From: Candidatus Velthaea sp.
GTDB lineage: Bacteria > Vulcanimicrobiota > Vulcanimicrobiia > Vulcanimicrobiales > Vulcanimicrobiaceae
Length of the DNA stretch: 64,000 nt
Assembly (NCBI GenBank): GCA_965214935.1
Contig: CBDCCS010000021.1
Location: forward strand, 320,001-384,000
Direction: 5' to 3'
In this document: positions 55,330 to 64,000 of the stretch, piece by piece
How the letters are laid out: each line of letters opens with the position of its first letter
Numbering within the stretch: the stretch's first letter is position 1
Position numbers and translations under genes: made by a program
The notes under the pieces: generated by a model
Database searches by the model: none
What the model saw: only the letters and a program-made list of their open reading frames with translations
What the model was told of the DNA's origin: nothing

Positions 55330-56054
55330 GGCGCAAGTGCGACGAGCTCGAAGGCCGCAATTTCCGCCCGCCCGTTGCGACGCACCAAATCCGTTTGTGA
55401 AGCAAACGCGCCATACGGGCCGGCATGCACGATCGGAACGGTGCCGACATATTCGGGCTGCGTCAGCGTGTCGTGGCTGTGCCCGCCCAAGATGAGATCC
55501 AAGCGCGGAACGCGCCGGGCGAGTTCGCGATCGGCGCGCAGGCCGATATGCGAGAGCGCGACGAGCGTCACGCCGTCGGGCGTTTGCGCCGCAAGGCGCT
55601 CGGCCACCGCGATCGGCGCGAGAAACCGCCAGCCGAACACGCGCTCCCAGAGACTGCCGGCCGGATACTGCGGAACGAGCAATCCGAAGAAGCGGAACGT
55701 CCATGGTTCGCCGCCGGCGCCGGTCCGCTCCAACGTGAGATCGGCCGCGAACGGGAGAACGCGCCCGAACGTGTCGACGAGGTTCGCACACACGAGCGGG
55801 TGCCGCATGAGCGCGACCCGTGCGCGCACGGCGGCGAAAAGATAATGGAACTCGCGGTTACCCATTGCCTGTACGTCGTAACCGGCAGCATCAATCGCAT
55901 CGACGACCGGTTCACGCCGGTAAAAGACGGTTTGGCTTCCTCGCAAGCTATCGCCGCAATCGACGAGCAAGCCGGGCGTGCGTTCGCGTAGCGCCCGCAG
56001 CGGCGCGGCGATATGACGGCGATCGTGCAAATCGGAGGTGTGGTAGATTCGCAT
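55326..56054 (-). CDS. Cytoplasmic calcineurin-like metallophosphoesterase of the UshA/5'-nucleotidase N-domain type
   Basis: HTSDLH, DCGD, GNREF, LSHIG, ILGGHSH; no signal peptide and no 5'-nucleotidase C-terminal domain. Confidence 0.85.
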   Translation of the reverse strand: MRIYHTSDLHDRRHIAAPLRALRERTPGLLVDCGDSLRGSQTVFYRREPVVDAIDAAGYDVQAMGNREFHYLFAAVRARVALMRHPLVCANLVDTFGRVLPFAADLTLERTGAGGEPWTFRFFGLLVPQYPAGSLWERVFGWRFLAPIAVAERLAAQTPDGVTLVALSHIGLRADRELARRVPRLDLILGGHSHDTLTQPEYVGTVPIVHAGPYGAFASQTDLVRRNGRAEIAAFELVALAP

Positions 56055-56073
56055 GGACGGCGCCTAGCGCGCG

Positions 56074-57180
56074 CTAACGGCCCGCGACGTCGAGCGCGAA
56101 CGCGGCACACCGATCGAGCGCATCGGGCGCTCCCAGCGCAGCGCGCATGCGATCGTAACCGCTCAGTTGTCGTTGCGGGTCGTCGAGCAGCGCCAACAAG
56201 GCCGTTGCCAACCGGTCGGGTGTTGCGGCTTCTTGGAGCAGCTCGGGTACGATCGGCTCATTCATGACGAGATTGGGCAACGTGATGTAGGCGCCGTGGT
56301 AGACGCGGCGCGCGATCTTCGCCTGTGCTTCGGAAAGGACGTACAGGGCTACCGCCGGCGTTTGCACGAGTGCCGCTTCGAGGACCGCGGTTCCCGATGC
56401 GATCGCGCCCACGTCCGCATCGGCGAGAGCGGCGCGGGCATCGCGTACGATTCGAACCGGCTGCGGGCTGCGCAACTGCAGCAAATGCTCGAACACCGCT
56501 TGGGCCTCGTCGTCAACGGCGACGAGGGTTGCTTGAATGTGCGGTCGACGCAGGCGCATGACGGCCAGCGCATCGAGCAAACGGGGCGTATGCCGATCGA
56601 TTTCCCCACGCCGGCTGCCCGGCAACAGCGCGACCGATCCGCCGTTCGCCGGAGCCCGCGCTCGCGGCGCACGCGCAGCGACCGTCGAGACGAGCGGATG
56701 ACCGACATAGGCGATCGGCAAATGCAGCGACCGGTAAAAATCGCGTTGATGGGAAAACGCCGTGAGCGCTTCGGTGGCGCCGGCAACTTCGCGGGCCCGC
56801 GCGACATTATCGAGCCACGCCGCCGGCGGAAAGTAATAGAGAATCGGCACGCGCGAGCCGAGATGCCGTAGCGACTTTGCCAAGCGAATGTTGAAAGCGC
56901 CGAAGTCGACGAGGACGACGAGATCCGGTGGCCGGCGCACGAGCCGCAGCGTGGTCGCCCACATAATGGTCAGCAGCTTCGGTATCTTGCGCAGCGCATC
57001 GATCGGTCCGAGCGACGCCCAGCCGCGCGTGCGATGCCAAATCCGAACGCCGGCGGTCTCCAAGCGCGTATCACCGATGCCTTCGGCTTCGACGACGGTG
57101 CCGCGTGCGCGCATCGCCGTCAGAAGATCGGCGGCGGCTAATTCGCCCGACGTTTCGCCGGTACTTAGGAAGACGCGCAC
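56074..57180 (-). CDS. lpxB: Lipid-A-disaccharide synthase LpxB
   Basis: STGETSG, VDF..FN, Y.PP..W, YVGHPL, LLPGSR.GEI, ASGTA.LE, LPNL....IVPELLQ. Confidence 0.92.
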   Translation of the reverse strand: MRVFLSTGETSGELAAADLLTAMRARGTVVEAEGIGDTRLETAGVRIWHRTRGWASLGPIDALRKIPKLLTIMWATTLRLVRRPPDLVVLVDFGAFNIRLAKSLRHLGSRVPILYYFPPAAWLDNVARAREVAGATEALTAFSHQRDFYRSLHLPIAYVGHPLVSTVAARAPRARAPANGGSVALLPGSRRGEIDRHTPRLLDALAVMRLRRPHIQATLVAVDDEAQAVFEHLLQLRSPQPVRIVRDARAALADADVGAIASGTAVLEAALVQTPAVALYVLSEAQAKIARRVYHGAYITLPNLVMNEPIVPELLQEAATPDRLATALLALLDDPQRQLSGYDRMRAALGAPDALDRCAAFALDVAGR

Positions 57181-57188
57181 GATTCCAG

Positions 57189-57956
57189 TTATTTCATGAC
57201 CCCGCGATTACTTTCGGCTTCGAGAAATGCCAGCAGATGACGCCCTTCATCCGTCGTGACGGTTTCGCGTAGCGTACCGATCGCTTGCGATAGATTGCGG
57301 TCGGAGCGATAGATCGCCTTATAGGCCTCTTTGAGATCGTGCAGCGCTTCGTGGCCGAATCCGTGCCGTCGCAAACCGACGCTGTTGAGCCCGTACACTT
57401 CGGCCGGATTACCCTCGATAAGGAAGTACGGCGGAACGTCACGCACCACTTTGGTGTAGCCGCCGACGAACGAATGCTCGCCGACGCGAACGAATTGATG
57501 GACGCCGGCCATCCCGCCGATGACGGCGTAATCGCCGACCGTGCAGTGACCCGCGAGTTGAGCGAGATTCGACATGGTCACAAAATTACCGATCGTGCAG
57601 TTGTGAGCGATGTGCGAATACGCCAGCAGCAAACAATCGGCGCCGACCGCCGTCGTGAGTCCTGCGCCCGTCGCACGGTGAATCGACACGTACTCGCGCA
57701 CGATCGTTCGCGCACCGATCGTCGTGTAGGCAATTTCATCTGCCGCCTTGCGGTCTTGTGATGGCGCTCCGATCGAGGCAAACGGATAAATCGTCGCCGC
57801 TTCGCCGATCGACGTATGACCGTTGATCACGACATGCGCGAGCAACTTTGCGCCGCGTTCGATCGTAACGTTTTCGCCGATGAGGCAATACGGACCGATC
57901 TCGGCATCCCGCGCAATGCGCGCGGACGGATGGACGATGGCAGCCGCGTGAATCAC
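57189..57956 (-). CDS. lpxA: UDP-GlcNAc acyltransferase LpxA
   Basis: Hexapeptide repeats, QD.K, REYVSIHRAT, HIAHNC, LAGH, VHQF, GLN.VGLRR. Confidence 0.95.
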   Translation of the reverse strand: MIHAAAIVHPSARIARDAEIGPYCLIGENVTIERGAKLLAHVVINGHTSIGEAATIYPFASIGAPSQDRKAADEIAYTTIGARTIVREYVSIHRATGAGLTTAVGADCLLLAYSHIAHNCTIGNFVTMSNLAQLAGHCTVGDYAVIGGMAGVHQFVRVGEHSFVGGYTKVVRDVPPYFLIEGNPAEVYGLNSVGLRRHGFGHEALHDLKEAYKAIYRSDRNLSQAIGTLRETVTTDEGRHLLAFLEAESNRGVMK

Positions 57957-58426
57957 TGATGCAAAATCGATGCGTCGTTAGCAAATGCCGACGGATCGAC
58001 CGAGATCGAAAACGACAACTCTGCGGAACAAACGAGTTTCGATTCAACCTTGGCTTCGACATAGACCCAGCCGATGTTGAGGCGCGTCGTCTTCACGATC
58101 GCTTCCATGACGAGTTGATCGCCCGGCACGACGGGCCGGCGAAACTTGGCTTTATCGATACCGGCCAAATACGGAATTTTACGCGCCATATCGCCGGATG
58201 CAAGGATCGCAATGCCGCCGATCTGGGCCATCGCTTCGATGATGTATACGCCGGGAAGCACGGGATTTCCGGGAAAGTGCCCGACGAACATCGGCTCGTT
58301 GATTGAGACGTTCTTATAGCCGCGCGCAAATTTCATGGGCTCGAAGTCGGTCACGCGGTCGACGAGCAATAAGGGATACTGGTGCGGCAAGATCCGCATG
58401 ATCTCGCGCACATCGAGAATCGGCAC
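57953..58426 (-). CDS. fabZ: 3-hydroxyacyl-ACP dehydratase FabZ
   Basis: LPH.YP.LLVDRV, KNVS.NEP.F.GHFP..PV.PGV.IIEAMAQ, FRRPVVPGD. Confidence 0.95.
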   Translation of the reverse strand: MPILDVREIMRILPHQYPLLLVDRVTDFEPMKFARGYKNVSINEPMFVGHFPGNPVLPGVYIIEAMAQIGGIAILASGDMARKIPYLAGIDKAKFRRPVVPGDQLVMEAIVKTTRLNIGWVYVEAKVESKLVCSAELSFSISVDPSAFANDASILHQ

Positions 58427-58443
58427 GATGTGTGTAACCCGCC

Positions 58444-59289
58444 TTACGGGTAGACGACCGCGGACGCGCGGCTGACGGTCTGAACGGGCCGCAGTTCACG
58501 CACCGCCATGCAGTGCAATTTATGACCGCTTTTGATCGCGATCACTTCGCACTGCGGATAGGCACCGAGCAACGCCAAATCACCGATCAAATCGAGTATC
58601 TTGTGCCGGCACGGCTCGTCCGCCGAACGCAACGGAGCCAGCGGTCCGTCCGCGCCGAAAACGACGGCGTTATCAAGCGTTCCGCCTTGCGCGAGACCGC
58701 GCCGGATCAGCGCTTCAACCTCGTGCTGAAAGCCGAACGTCCGGTTCGGCGCAACCTCGGCCAAATACGTCGCCGGGTCGACTTCCAAATCGCGGTATTG
58801 CGAGCCGATCGGCGCTTCGTAATCGACGATCATGCGAATGCGAAAGGTCGAGGCCGGGATGACGGCGAGCAGTTTGTCGCCGTCGCGAAAAATATACGGC
58901 TCGGTTGGAATAAAGCGCGCGCGCGGCTCGTGCTGAACGGCCGTCCCCGTTTGCGCGATCGCATCGGCGAACACTTTCGAGCTGCCGTCCATGACCGGGA
59001 TTTCGGGGCCGTCGACGCTGATAAGCGCATTGTCGACGCCCATACCGAGAACGGCCGAAAGCAGGTGTTCGACCGTCGAAACGGTGTGCTCGCCGACCCC
59101 GAGCATCGTTGCGCGTCGCGTATCGACAACATATTCAGCGCGAGCCGGAAACTCAACGGCGCCATTGAGCCGGAACCGCAACCCGCTGTCCGGCTTGGCC
59201 GGCGTCAGCCGTACGCGCCCCGGAAGACCGGTGTGGAGACCGACGCCCGCGAACTCAACCGCGTCGCGCAAGGTTGATTGATATTGCAG
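58444..59289 (-). CDS. lpxC: UDP-3-O-acyl-GlcNAc deacetylase LpxC
   Basis: Q.TL...GVGLHTG, TVEHLLSA, EIP.MDGS, RTFGF, HKILDLIGDL, GH; start CTG 59289 proposed (alternatives ATG 59316/59319). Confidence 0.93.
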   Translation of the reverse strand: MQYQSTLRDAVEFAGVGLHTGLPGRVRLTPAKPDSGLRFRLNGAVEFPARAEYVVDTRRATMLGVGEHTVSTVEHLLSAVLGMGVDNALISVDGPEIPVMDGSSKVFADAIAQTGTAVQHEPRARFIPTEPYIFRDGDKLLAVIPASTFRIRMIVDYEAPIGSQYRDLEVDPATYLAEVAPNRTFGFQHEVEALIRRGLAQGGTLDNAVVFGADGPLAPLRSADEPCRHKILDLIGDLALLGAYPQCEVIAIKSGHKLHCMAVRELRPVQTVSRASAVVYP

Positions 59290-59293
59290 ATAA

Positions 59294-60328
59294 TTACTCC
59301 GCAGCTTCGCCGACATCATTGAGTTCCAACGCGTCGACCCGAGCAAACAGCTTCGGAAGTTTGCGCAGCAATGCCTGTCCTCGCAATTCGTCGCGATGAG
59401 CGCGCGCGGGCCGGCCGCTGACCATCAGGCCGTCCGGAACGTCGCCCCAAATGTGGCTTGCACCGGCGATAACGACTCGCGAACCGACGCTGATATGACC
59501 TTTAAATGCAGCTTGGCCGCCGACTTGCACGTAATCACCCAGAATCGTCGTACCGGCCATACCGGTCTGAGCGGCGATCGCACAGTGTTTACCGATTCGG
59601 CAATTGTGACCGATCTGACAAAGATTATCGATTTTGGTTCCGTCGCCGACCGACGTCACGCCGGTCTGCGCGCGATCGATACACGTCTGCGCGCCGACCT
59701 CGACATCATCGCCGAGTTCAACCCAGCCGACTTGCGGGATCTTCCGCAATGCGCCCTCAACAAACGCCCAGCCGAAGCCGTCCGCGCCGATCGTCGCACC
59801 GGATTGCAGCACAACGCGATTGCCGGCGCGGCAGCGGTCGAGGAAGACTGCATGCGGATGAAAGAAGCAATCGGTCCCGACGTTGCAGTCCGCGCCGATG
59901 ATGACGCCGGCGCCGAGCACCGTACGTGCGCCGATTTGCGCACGCGCGCCGATAACGGCATGCGCGCCGACGCTAACGCCGGTTCCGATCTCAGCGCTCG
60001 GGTCGACATCTGCCGACGGGTGAACGCCGGGCGCGGGACGCGGCGGCTCGAGGAGTGCAAGCAGATCGGCAAGTGCGGCGCGCACCGACTCGACGACCAA
60101 CAACGGTTTGCCGTATGCATGCGCGCTATCGACCAAGCTTGCCGCGGTTAGGATCGCGGCCGCCTTCGACGCCAGCGCCAAGCGCAAATAGCGTTCGTCG
60201 GTTGCGAACGTCAACGAACGGTCATCGATGTCATCGACCGCGGCAAGCCGCTCGACGGTAACGAGCGGGTCGCCGAGAACGCGCCCGTCGATGCGCTCGG
60301 CCAACGCGCCCAGCGTTCCCAGGCTCAC
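59294..60328 (-). CDS. lpxD: UDP-3-O-acyl-glucosamine N-acyltransferase LpxD
   Basis: IG.DGFG, KIPQ.G.V, IDR, TKIDNL.QI.HN, hexapeptide repeats. Confidence 0.95.
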   Translation of the reverse strand: MSLGTLGALAERIDGRVLGDPLVTVERLAAVDDIDDRSLTFATDERYLRLALASKAAAILTAASLVDSAHAYGKPLLVVESVRAALADLLALLEPPRPAPGVHPSADVDPSAEIGTGVSVGAHAVIGARAQIGARTVLGAGVIIGADCNVGTDCFFHPHAVFLDRCRAGNRVVLQSGATIGADGFGWAFVEGALRKIPQVGWVELGDDVEVGAQTCIDRAQTGVTSVGDGTKIDNLCQIGHNCRIGKHCAIAAQTGMAGTTILGDYVQVGGQAAFKGHISVGSRVVIAGASHIWGDVPDGLMVSGRPARAHRDELRGQALLRKLPKLFARVDALELNDVGEAAE

Positions 60329-60744
60329 GGAGCCGGCGTAGACTTATCGTCGATCTTGAGGATTTTCTCGATATCCGACGTGATGTCGACTCCGCCGTAG
60401 CCGACGAACTGCCGGGTGAAAACGTAGGTCAAACCCCGGTCCTTCGCGACGGCTTGTGCGGCGTTCGATACGTCGTCGGTCAATTCGCGCTGCGCGTTGA
60501 CGAAGCGGCCTTGCAACGCCGCGATCTGTTGCGCCTTTTGAGCGTTCGTTGAACTCGAGCGTTGGATCGCTGCTTCATCGGCCGCAATTTGATTTTGATA
60601 GTTTTGAAATTTCGGCCAATTACTCGTTATGCGCGCGGTGTCGATGAGGCCGACCGCCGACTTCGGCTGACTCGAGCAGCCCGCGAGCGCTACGAATAGC
60701 GCCGCGATGCCGACCGTGCGGCGCAAACGCGAACTGTGTATCAT
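60325..60744 (-). CDS. Small Skp/OmpH-like lipoprotein
   Basis: Lipobox LAGC; VG.ID..., short coiled coil, VAK..GL..VF....YGG.DIT. Confidence 0.75.
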   Translation of the reverse strand: MIHSSRLRRTVGIAALFVALAGCSSQPKSAVGLIDTARITSNWPKFQNYQNQIAADEAAIQRSSSTNAQKAQQIAALQGRFVNAQRELTDDVSNAAQAVAKDRGLTYVFTRQFVGYGGVDITSDIEKILKIDDKSTPAP

Positions 60745-62072
60745 TCGTGAAGACTTTCAATATCCTTAAGAGCATCCATAGTAAGATCGACTCCGCCTGC
60801 ATTGGCAACCGGATCCGTAACGACGACGGAGATGCCGCGCGCTTGAGCGACCAGCCGCACCTCGCGTCCGATCTGCGCGACCATCTGTCCGTAGAGGTCG
60901 GCACGCTTGCGGCTTAACGTCGCAATCTGCGCCGCTGCGCCGCTCTGCGCGCCGGCATCGATGCCGCGCAGCTGTTCGTAGCGACGCCGCAGGTCTTCGC
61001 GCGTTCGATTGAAATCGTCGATCGTTGACTTTGCATCGGCATTGAATTGTTTTTGATAATCGGAATGCAGTGCAGCGATCGTCGCGCGGACTTGCGGCGA
61101 AAGCGCGGTTGCAGCCGGTCCGGACGCGATTGCAGCCGGACCGTTTGCAGCAGCGAACGGATTGCCCGCGAACTGCTTGCGGATATCTTGTTCGCGTAGC
61201 GTTAACTTGCTGAGCGAGCGATTGTGTATTTCGCCGGCTTTGGCTTGCATATCGTGTTGCACGCCGCTGCGCAATTGCGCGCCGAGCGTTGCCAACGTTT
61301 GAGCATCGCGATTTTTGAGCGCCGCAAGCGAATCGGCTTCGCCCCGGTCTAACGCGCTAATTTGATTGCGCACGTCGTCGCGTTGCGTATCGTCGAGTGC
61401 CAAACTCGAAAGGCGCGTGCGCAACGACAGTCGCGTTGCGGCATTACGGCTCGCCAGCTCGAGCGACAGTGCCGATTCCTTTGCCGACAACCGGTCCTGT
61501 TCGGCACGAAAGCGCCGCTGGGCCCGGTCGGCTAAGGTTTTTTGCGCCGCGACAAGTTCGCCGTTATCTTGCGCGATGAGCGTCCGGCGATACGAATCGA
61601 AGTCGCGATTGGCTTGCGCCCCGACAGTCGCTGATTGGCTCTGGGCCGTTGTTGCAATCCGGCGCGCGATGACGGCCGCTGACGGTGCATTGTTGGCCGA
61701 GGATGAAAGCGCCAGCGCGATCGCCCGTTGCTCGCGCACTTGATAGCGTTGCGACTTCTCTTGCAATAAGCGGCGCGTACGGCCGGCGGCAACGGTTAGT
61801 TCGTCTTGCAGCACCGCTTCTTCTTTGACGATCGACGCATCGGGCTTGGCAACTTCAGGGACGACGGCTTGCAAATCGAGCGCCGCAATACTTTCGTCGT
61901 AACCGCTCAGTTGCGAATACAGCGGGTGATGCTTGACCAAATCGATCATCCGCACGTAACCGACCGCGCCCGCCGGTGACGCCAAAGAGACCGGCGACGG
62001 CTGCGCGGGCTTCGCGCACGCCGTTACGACCGCAAAGCCCGCGCAGCATAACCAGGCAGCGCGGCGGCGGAT
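60741..62072 (-). CDS. Long coiled-coil Skp/OmpH-like lipoprotein (apparent ATC start)
   Basis: VGYV.M..L..HP.Y start, about 330 aa helical region, VA..RGISVV....GG.DLT end; the frame upstream of TTG 61985 encodes RRRAAWLCCAGFAVVTAC. Confidence 0.7.
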   Translation of the reverse strand: MRRRAAWLCCAGFAVVTACAKPAQPSPVSLASPAGAVGYVRMIDLVKHHPLYSQLSGYDESIAALDLQAVVPEVAKPDASIVKEEAVLQDELTVAAGRTRRLLQEKSQRYQVREQRAIALALSSSANNAPSAAVIARRIATTAQSQSATVGAQANRDFDSYRRTLIAQDNGELVAAQKTLADRAQRRFRAEQDRLSAKESALSLELASRNAATRLSLRTRLSSLALDDTQRDDVRNQISALDRGEADSLAALKNRDAQTLATLGAQLRSGVQHDMQAKAGEIHNRSLSKLTLREQDIRKQFAGNPFAAANGPAAIASGPAATALSPQVRATIAALHSDYQKQFNADAKSTIDDFNRTREDLRRRYEQLRGIDAGAQSGAAAQIATLSRKRADLYGQMVAQIGREVRLVAQARGISVVVTDPVANAGGVDLTMDALKDIESLHE

Positions 62073-62080
62073 CGGTGTAC

Positions 62081-62884
62081 CTATTTGAACGCCGCCGTAA
62101 CGTCCGCGGTGATATCCTGTCCGCCGTAAATGATGTTGCCGCGATCGATAACGAGCGTCAGCCCCTTCTTCTTTGCCACATCGCCGATGACGCTACGCGT
62201 CTGGTCGACCACCGGTTTGATCACCTGCTCGGAGCGCGCGTCGAGCGTTTTCTTATAGTCGGCGAAGATCGCTTGACGGTCGGCTTCGGTTTTGGCGCCT
62301 TTGAGCTTTGCCTGCGCGGTTTGATCTTGGCCGGCTTTGAATTTACTAAAATCGTCCTGCGCCGCCTTAACCTTGCTCAGCCCATCGATCGCACGTTGAT
62401 CGACATAGCCGACGCTCGAGGGCGCGGGCGTCGAAATCGGCGGAACCGGATCGCCCGGGCTCGTCATGAGATCGCGCACGTTGCCGGTGATGTCGGCGCC
62501 ACCGAAAACGACGATGCGCTTATCGACGACCACGGACAGATTTTTGCTCGATGCCACCGAGGCAATCGCCGTCTGCGCTTTGGCAAAAAGCGGACCGACC
62601 AGCCGCTGCTGCTCCTGGGCCAAACGGCCTTGAAACTCTTGACCCAGCTGCGCTTGCTGTTGGGCGTTCGCGCGCCGGGCCCGGCCGAGATACTCTGTCT
62701 GCAGACGCTTCTGAATATCGGCGAATTGCCGGTTGGCCGTCTGAAAACTCGGCAGCGACGCTAAGGCAGCTTGATCGACGAAGCCAATGTCGCTTACGTC
62801 GGCGGCAAGCGCAGCAGGAGCGGCCAGAAGCGCGGCGGCGGCGGCAACGAGCGCGACAGCGCGCCCAAACGAAAATCGAAACAT
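62081..62884 (-). CDS. Tandem two-domain Skp/OmpH chaperone
   Basis: Signal peptide; two repeats, IGFVDQ...VA..K.L..V.D....GG.DIT and VGYVDQ...VAKKKGL..VID....GG.DIT. Confidence 0.85.
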   Translation of the reverse strand: MFRFSFGRAVALVAAAAALLAAPAALAADVSDIGFVDQAALASLPSFQTANRQFADIQKRLQTEYLGRARRANAQQQAQLGQEFQGRLAQEQQRLVGPLFAKAQTAIASVASSKNLSVVVDKRIVVFGGADITGNVRDLMTSPGDPVPPISTPAPSSVGYVDQRAIDGLSKVKAAQDDFSKFKAGQDQTAQAKLKGAKTEADRQAIFADYKKTLDARSEQVIKPVVDQTRSVIGDVAKKKGLTLVIDRGNIIYGGQDITADVTAAFK

Positions 62885-62886
62885 CG

Positions 62887-64000
62887 TTAGAAGCTCTGAC
62901 CGATTCCGAAAGCCGTGTGCGTACCTTGTGAACCTTTGGCGAAGTCGAGCCGGATCGTGCGCAGGCCGAGCTGCGGCACATCAAAGCGCAAGCCTAAGCC
63001 AAGATCGCTATGAAACGAAAATAAGGCATAGTTCACGATATTACCGTTGGTATCGATACCGGCGCTTGCCCCACGAATACGCGTACCTCCGGTTTCGGCA
63101 AAACCGACGACCGCGAATTTGCGATCCGACGTGAGCGGCACGCGCAACTCCGACTGGAATAGCGCCTCGTCGGTACCGTAGAAAACGTCGGTGTAGCCGC
63201 GCAAATCCTGATCCGAAAAGGTAAAGATTTTATTGGTCGGGATTGCGCCCGTTGAGGTACCGCCGCGGAAGTGCACGCCGAACGTGGCGTTCTTGAAGGT
63301 CGGAAAAAACTTGGCGACATCGAGGACGTACTGACTGTATTGAAATGCCGAGCCGATTGCCTTCGTACTGATTTCATCCGAGAAGGTCAGATTCGTTCCG
63401 CGCCGCGGATTGAACACGTCGTCCCGGTTATCGACCCCAAAGCCGAGCGAAACGGAGTGCAACGCATAGCTCTTTCCGGCTTGCGTCACGGCCAGCGACG
63501 GCGCGGCGATACCGAGCGCCGAGGTATCTTGGCACGACGACGACAGCAGCGAGGTTCCCGAGACGCAGGCGCTTCCGACAAGCGACGCATCGTTCGAGGT
63601 GCCGAAATAGTACGGTGAGGGGACCTGCGCTTGCGATGCGACCGACGAGATGTTGACGCCGAGCGACGTGCGGAACACATCGCTCAGACGGCGGCCGGTC
63701 GAAAGGTTGATGCCCGTCGAACGTGCTTGATACGTTGCGGCAACGCCGCCGACTTGGCTCGCCGTCGTCCCGTTCACCGGAACGATTGAAACTTCGGTCG
63801 GCGCATTTGCGGCCGGAGCCGGGGCGCCGGCGACCGGCGCGGGCGTCGGAACGACGTAGACCGGATAGTAATTCGTCTGCGAGTTGGTAAAAATCGTGCC
63901 GCCAAAACTATACCGCTGCGATTGCTCGGTTTTGCCGACGTACGGAACCGTTACGGAGATCGACGCATCGGTGATACGAGCGCCGCGCTCGACTTTGATC
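62887..64000 (-). CDS. bamA: Omp85/BamA-family outer membrane protein, C-terminal barrel (5' part outside the window)
   Basis: Frame open to the window edge; D.RD....P.RG, LRGY loop-6 motif, GLGLRF...G..IRLDFA, terminal FGIGQSF. Confidence 0.85.
   Translation of the reverse strand, partial: IKVERGARITDASISVTVPYVGKTEQSQRYSFGGTIFTNSQTNYYPVYVVPTPAPVAGAPAPAANAPTEVSIVPVNGTTASQVGGVAATYQARSTGINLSTGRRLSDVFRTSLGVNISSVASQAQVPSPYYFGTSNDASLVGSACVSGTSLLSSSCQDTSALGIAAPSLAVTQAGKSYALHSVSLGFGVDNRDDVFNPRRGTNLTFSDEISTKAIGSAFQYSQYVLDVAKFFPTFKNATFGVHFRGGTSTGAIPTNKIFTFSDQDLRGYTDVFYGTDEALFQSELRVPLTSDRKFAVVGFAETGGTRIRGASAGIDTNGNIVNYALFSFHSDLGLGLRFDVPQLGLRTIRLDFAKGSQGTHTAFGIGQSF

Overview
A gene-dense, GC-rich chromosomal segment from a diderm (LPS-making) bacterium of Terrabacteria type. 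Gene order and protein style suggest Vulcanimicrobiota/Ca. Eremiobacterota, which is inference only. From left to right: an SDR, a DHFR-family remnant, a stand-alone dnaE2 under a clear LexA-box promoter, an HTH-LuxR, a dienelactone hydrolase, an Mre11/Rad50-like pair, a photoactive yellow protein (PYP) behind an exported peroxiredoxin, ftsE-ftsX-(REC-GGDEF)-envC-like-ctp-ctp, a long RNase E/G, rodA, minC-minD-minD-minE, an M48 protease, an RDD/SpoIIM/DUF58/MoxR cluster with a PP2C phosphatase, dnaX-ybaB-recR, and recQ. The window ends in a minus-strand outer-membrane cluster of about 20 kb: bamA, three Skp-like genes, lpxD-lpxC-fabZ-lpxA-lpxB, a metallophosphoesterase, an LpxB paralogue, an O-antigen-ligase-like gene, lptC, lptB, a single lptF/G, DUF3084, a YqgF-like gene, an SLH beta-barrel, a TPR protein and a GT4. 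The best candidate for new biology is in the lipid A operon. It has no recognisable lpxH, lpxI or lpxG, but carries a cytoplasmic UshA-like metallophosphoesterase with an LpxH-like GNR motif, coupled to a second LpxB-like glycosyltransferase. Other highlights are repeated apparent non-canonical start codons (recR has no in-frame ATG/GTG/TTG at its N-terminus), tandem MinD paralogues, an orphan PYP, and a 149-nt structured element after lptB. I saw no rRNA, tRNA, CRISPR array or transposase. All calls come from motif recognition by eye; no searches were run.
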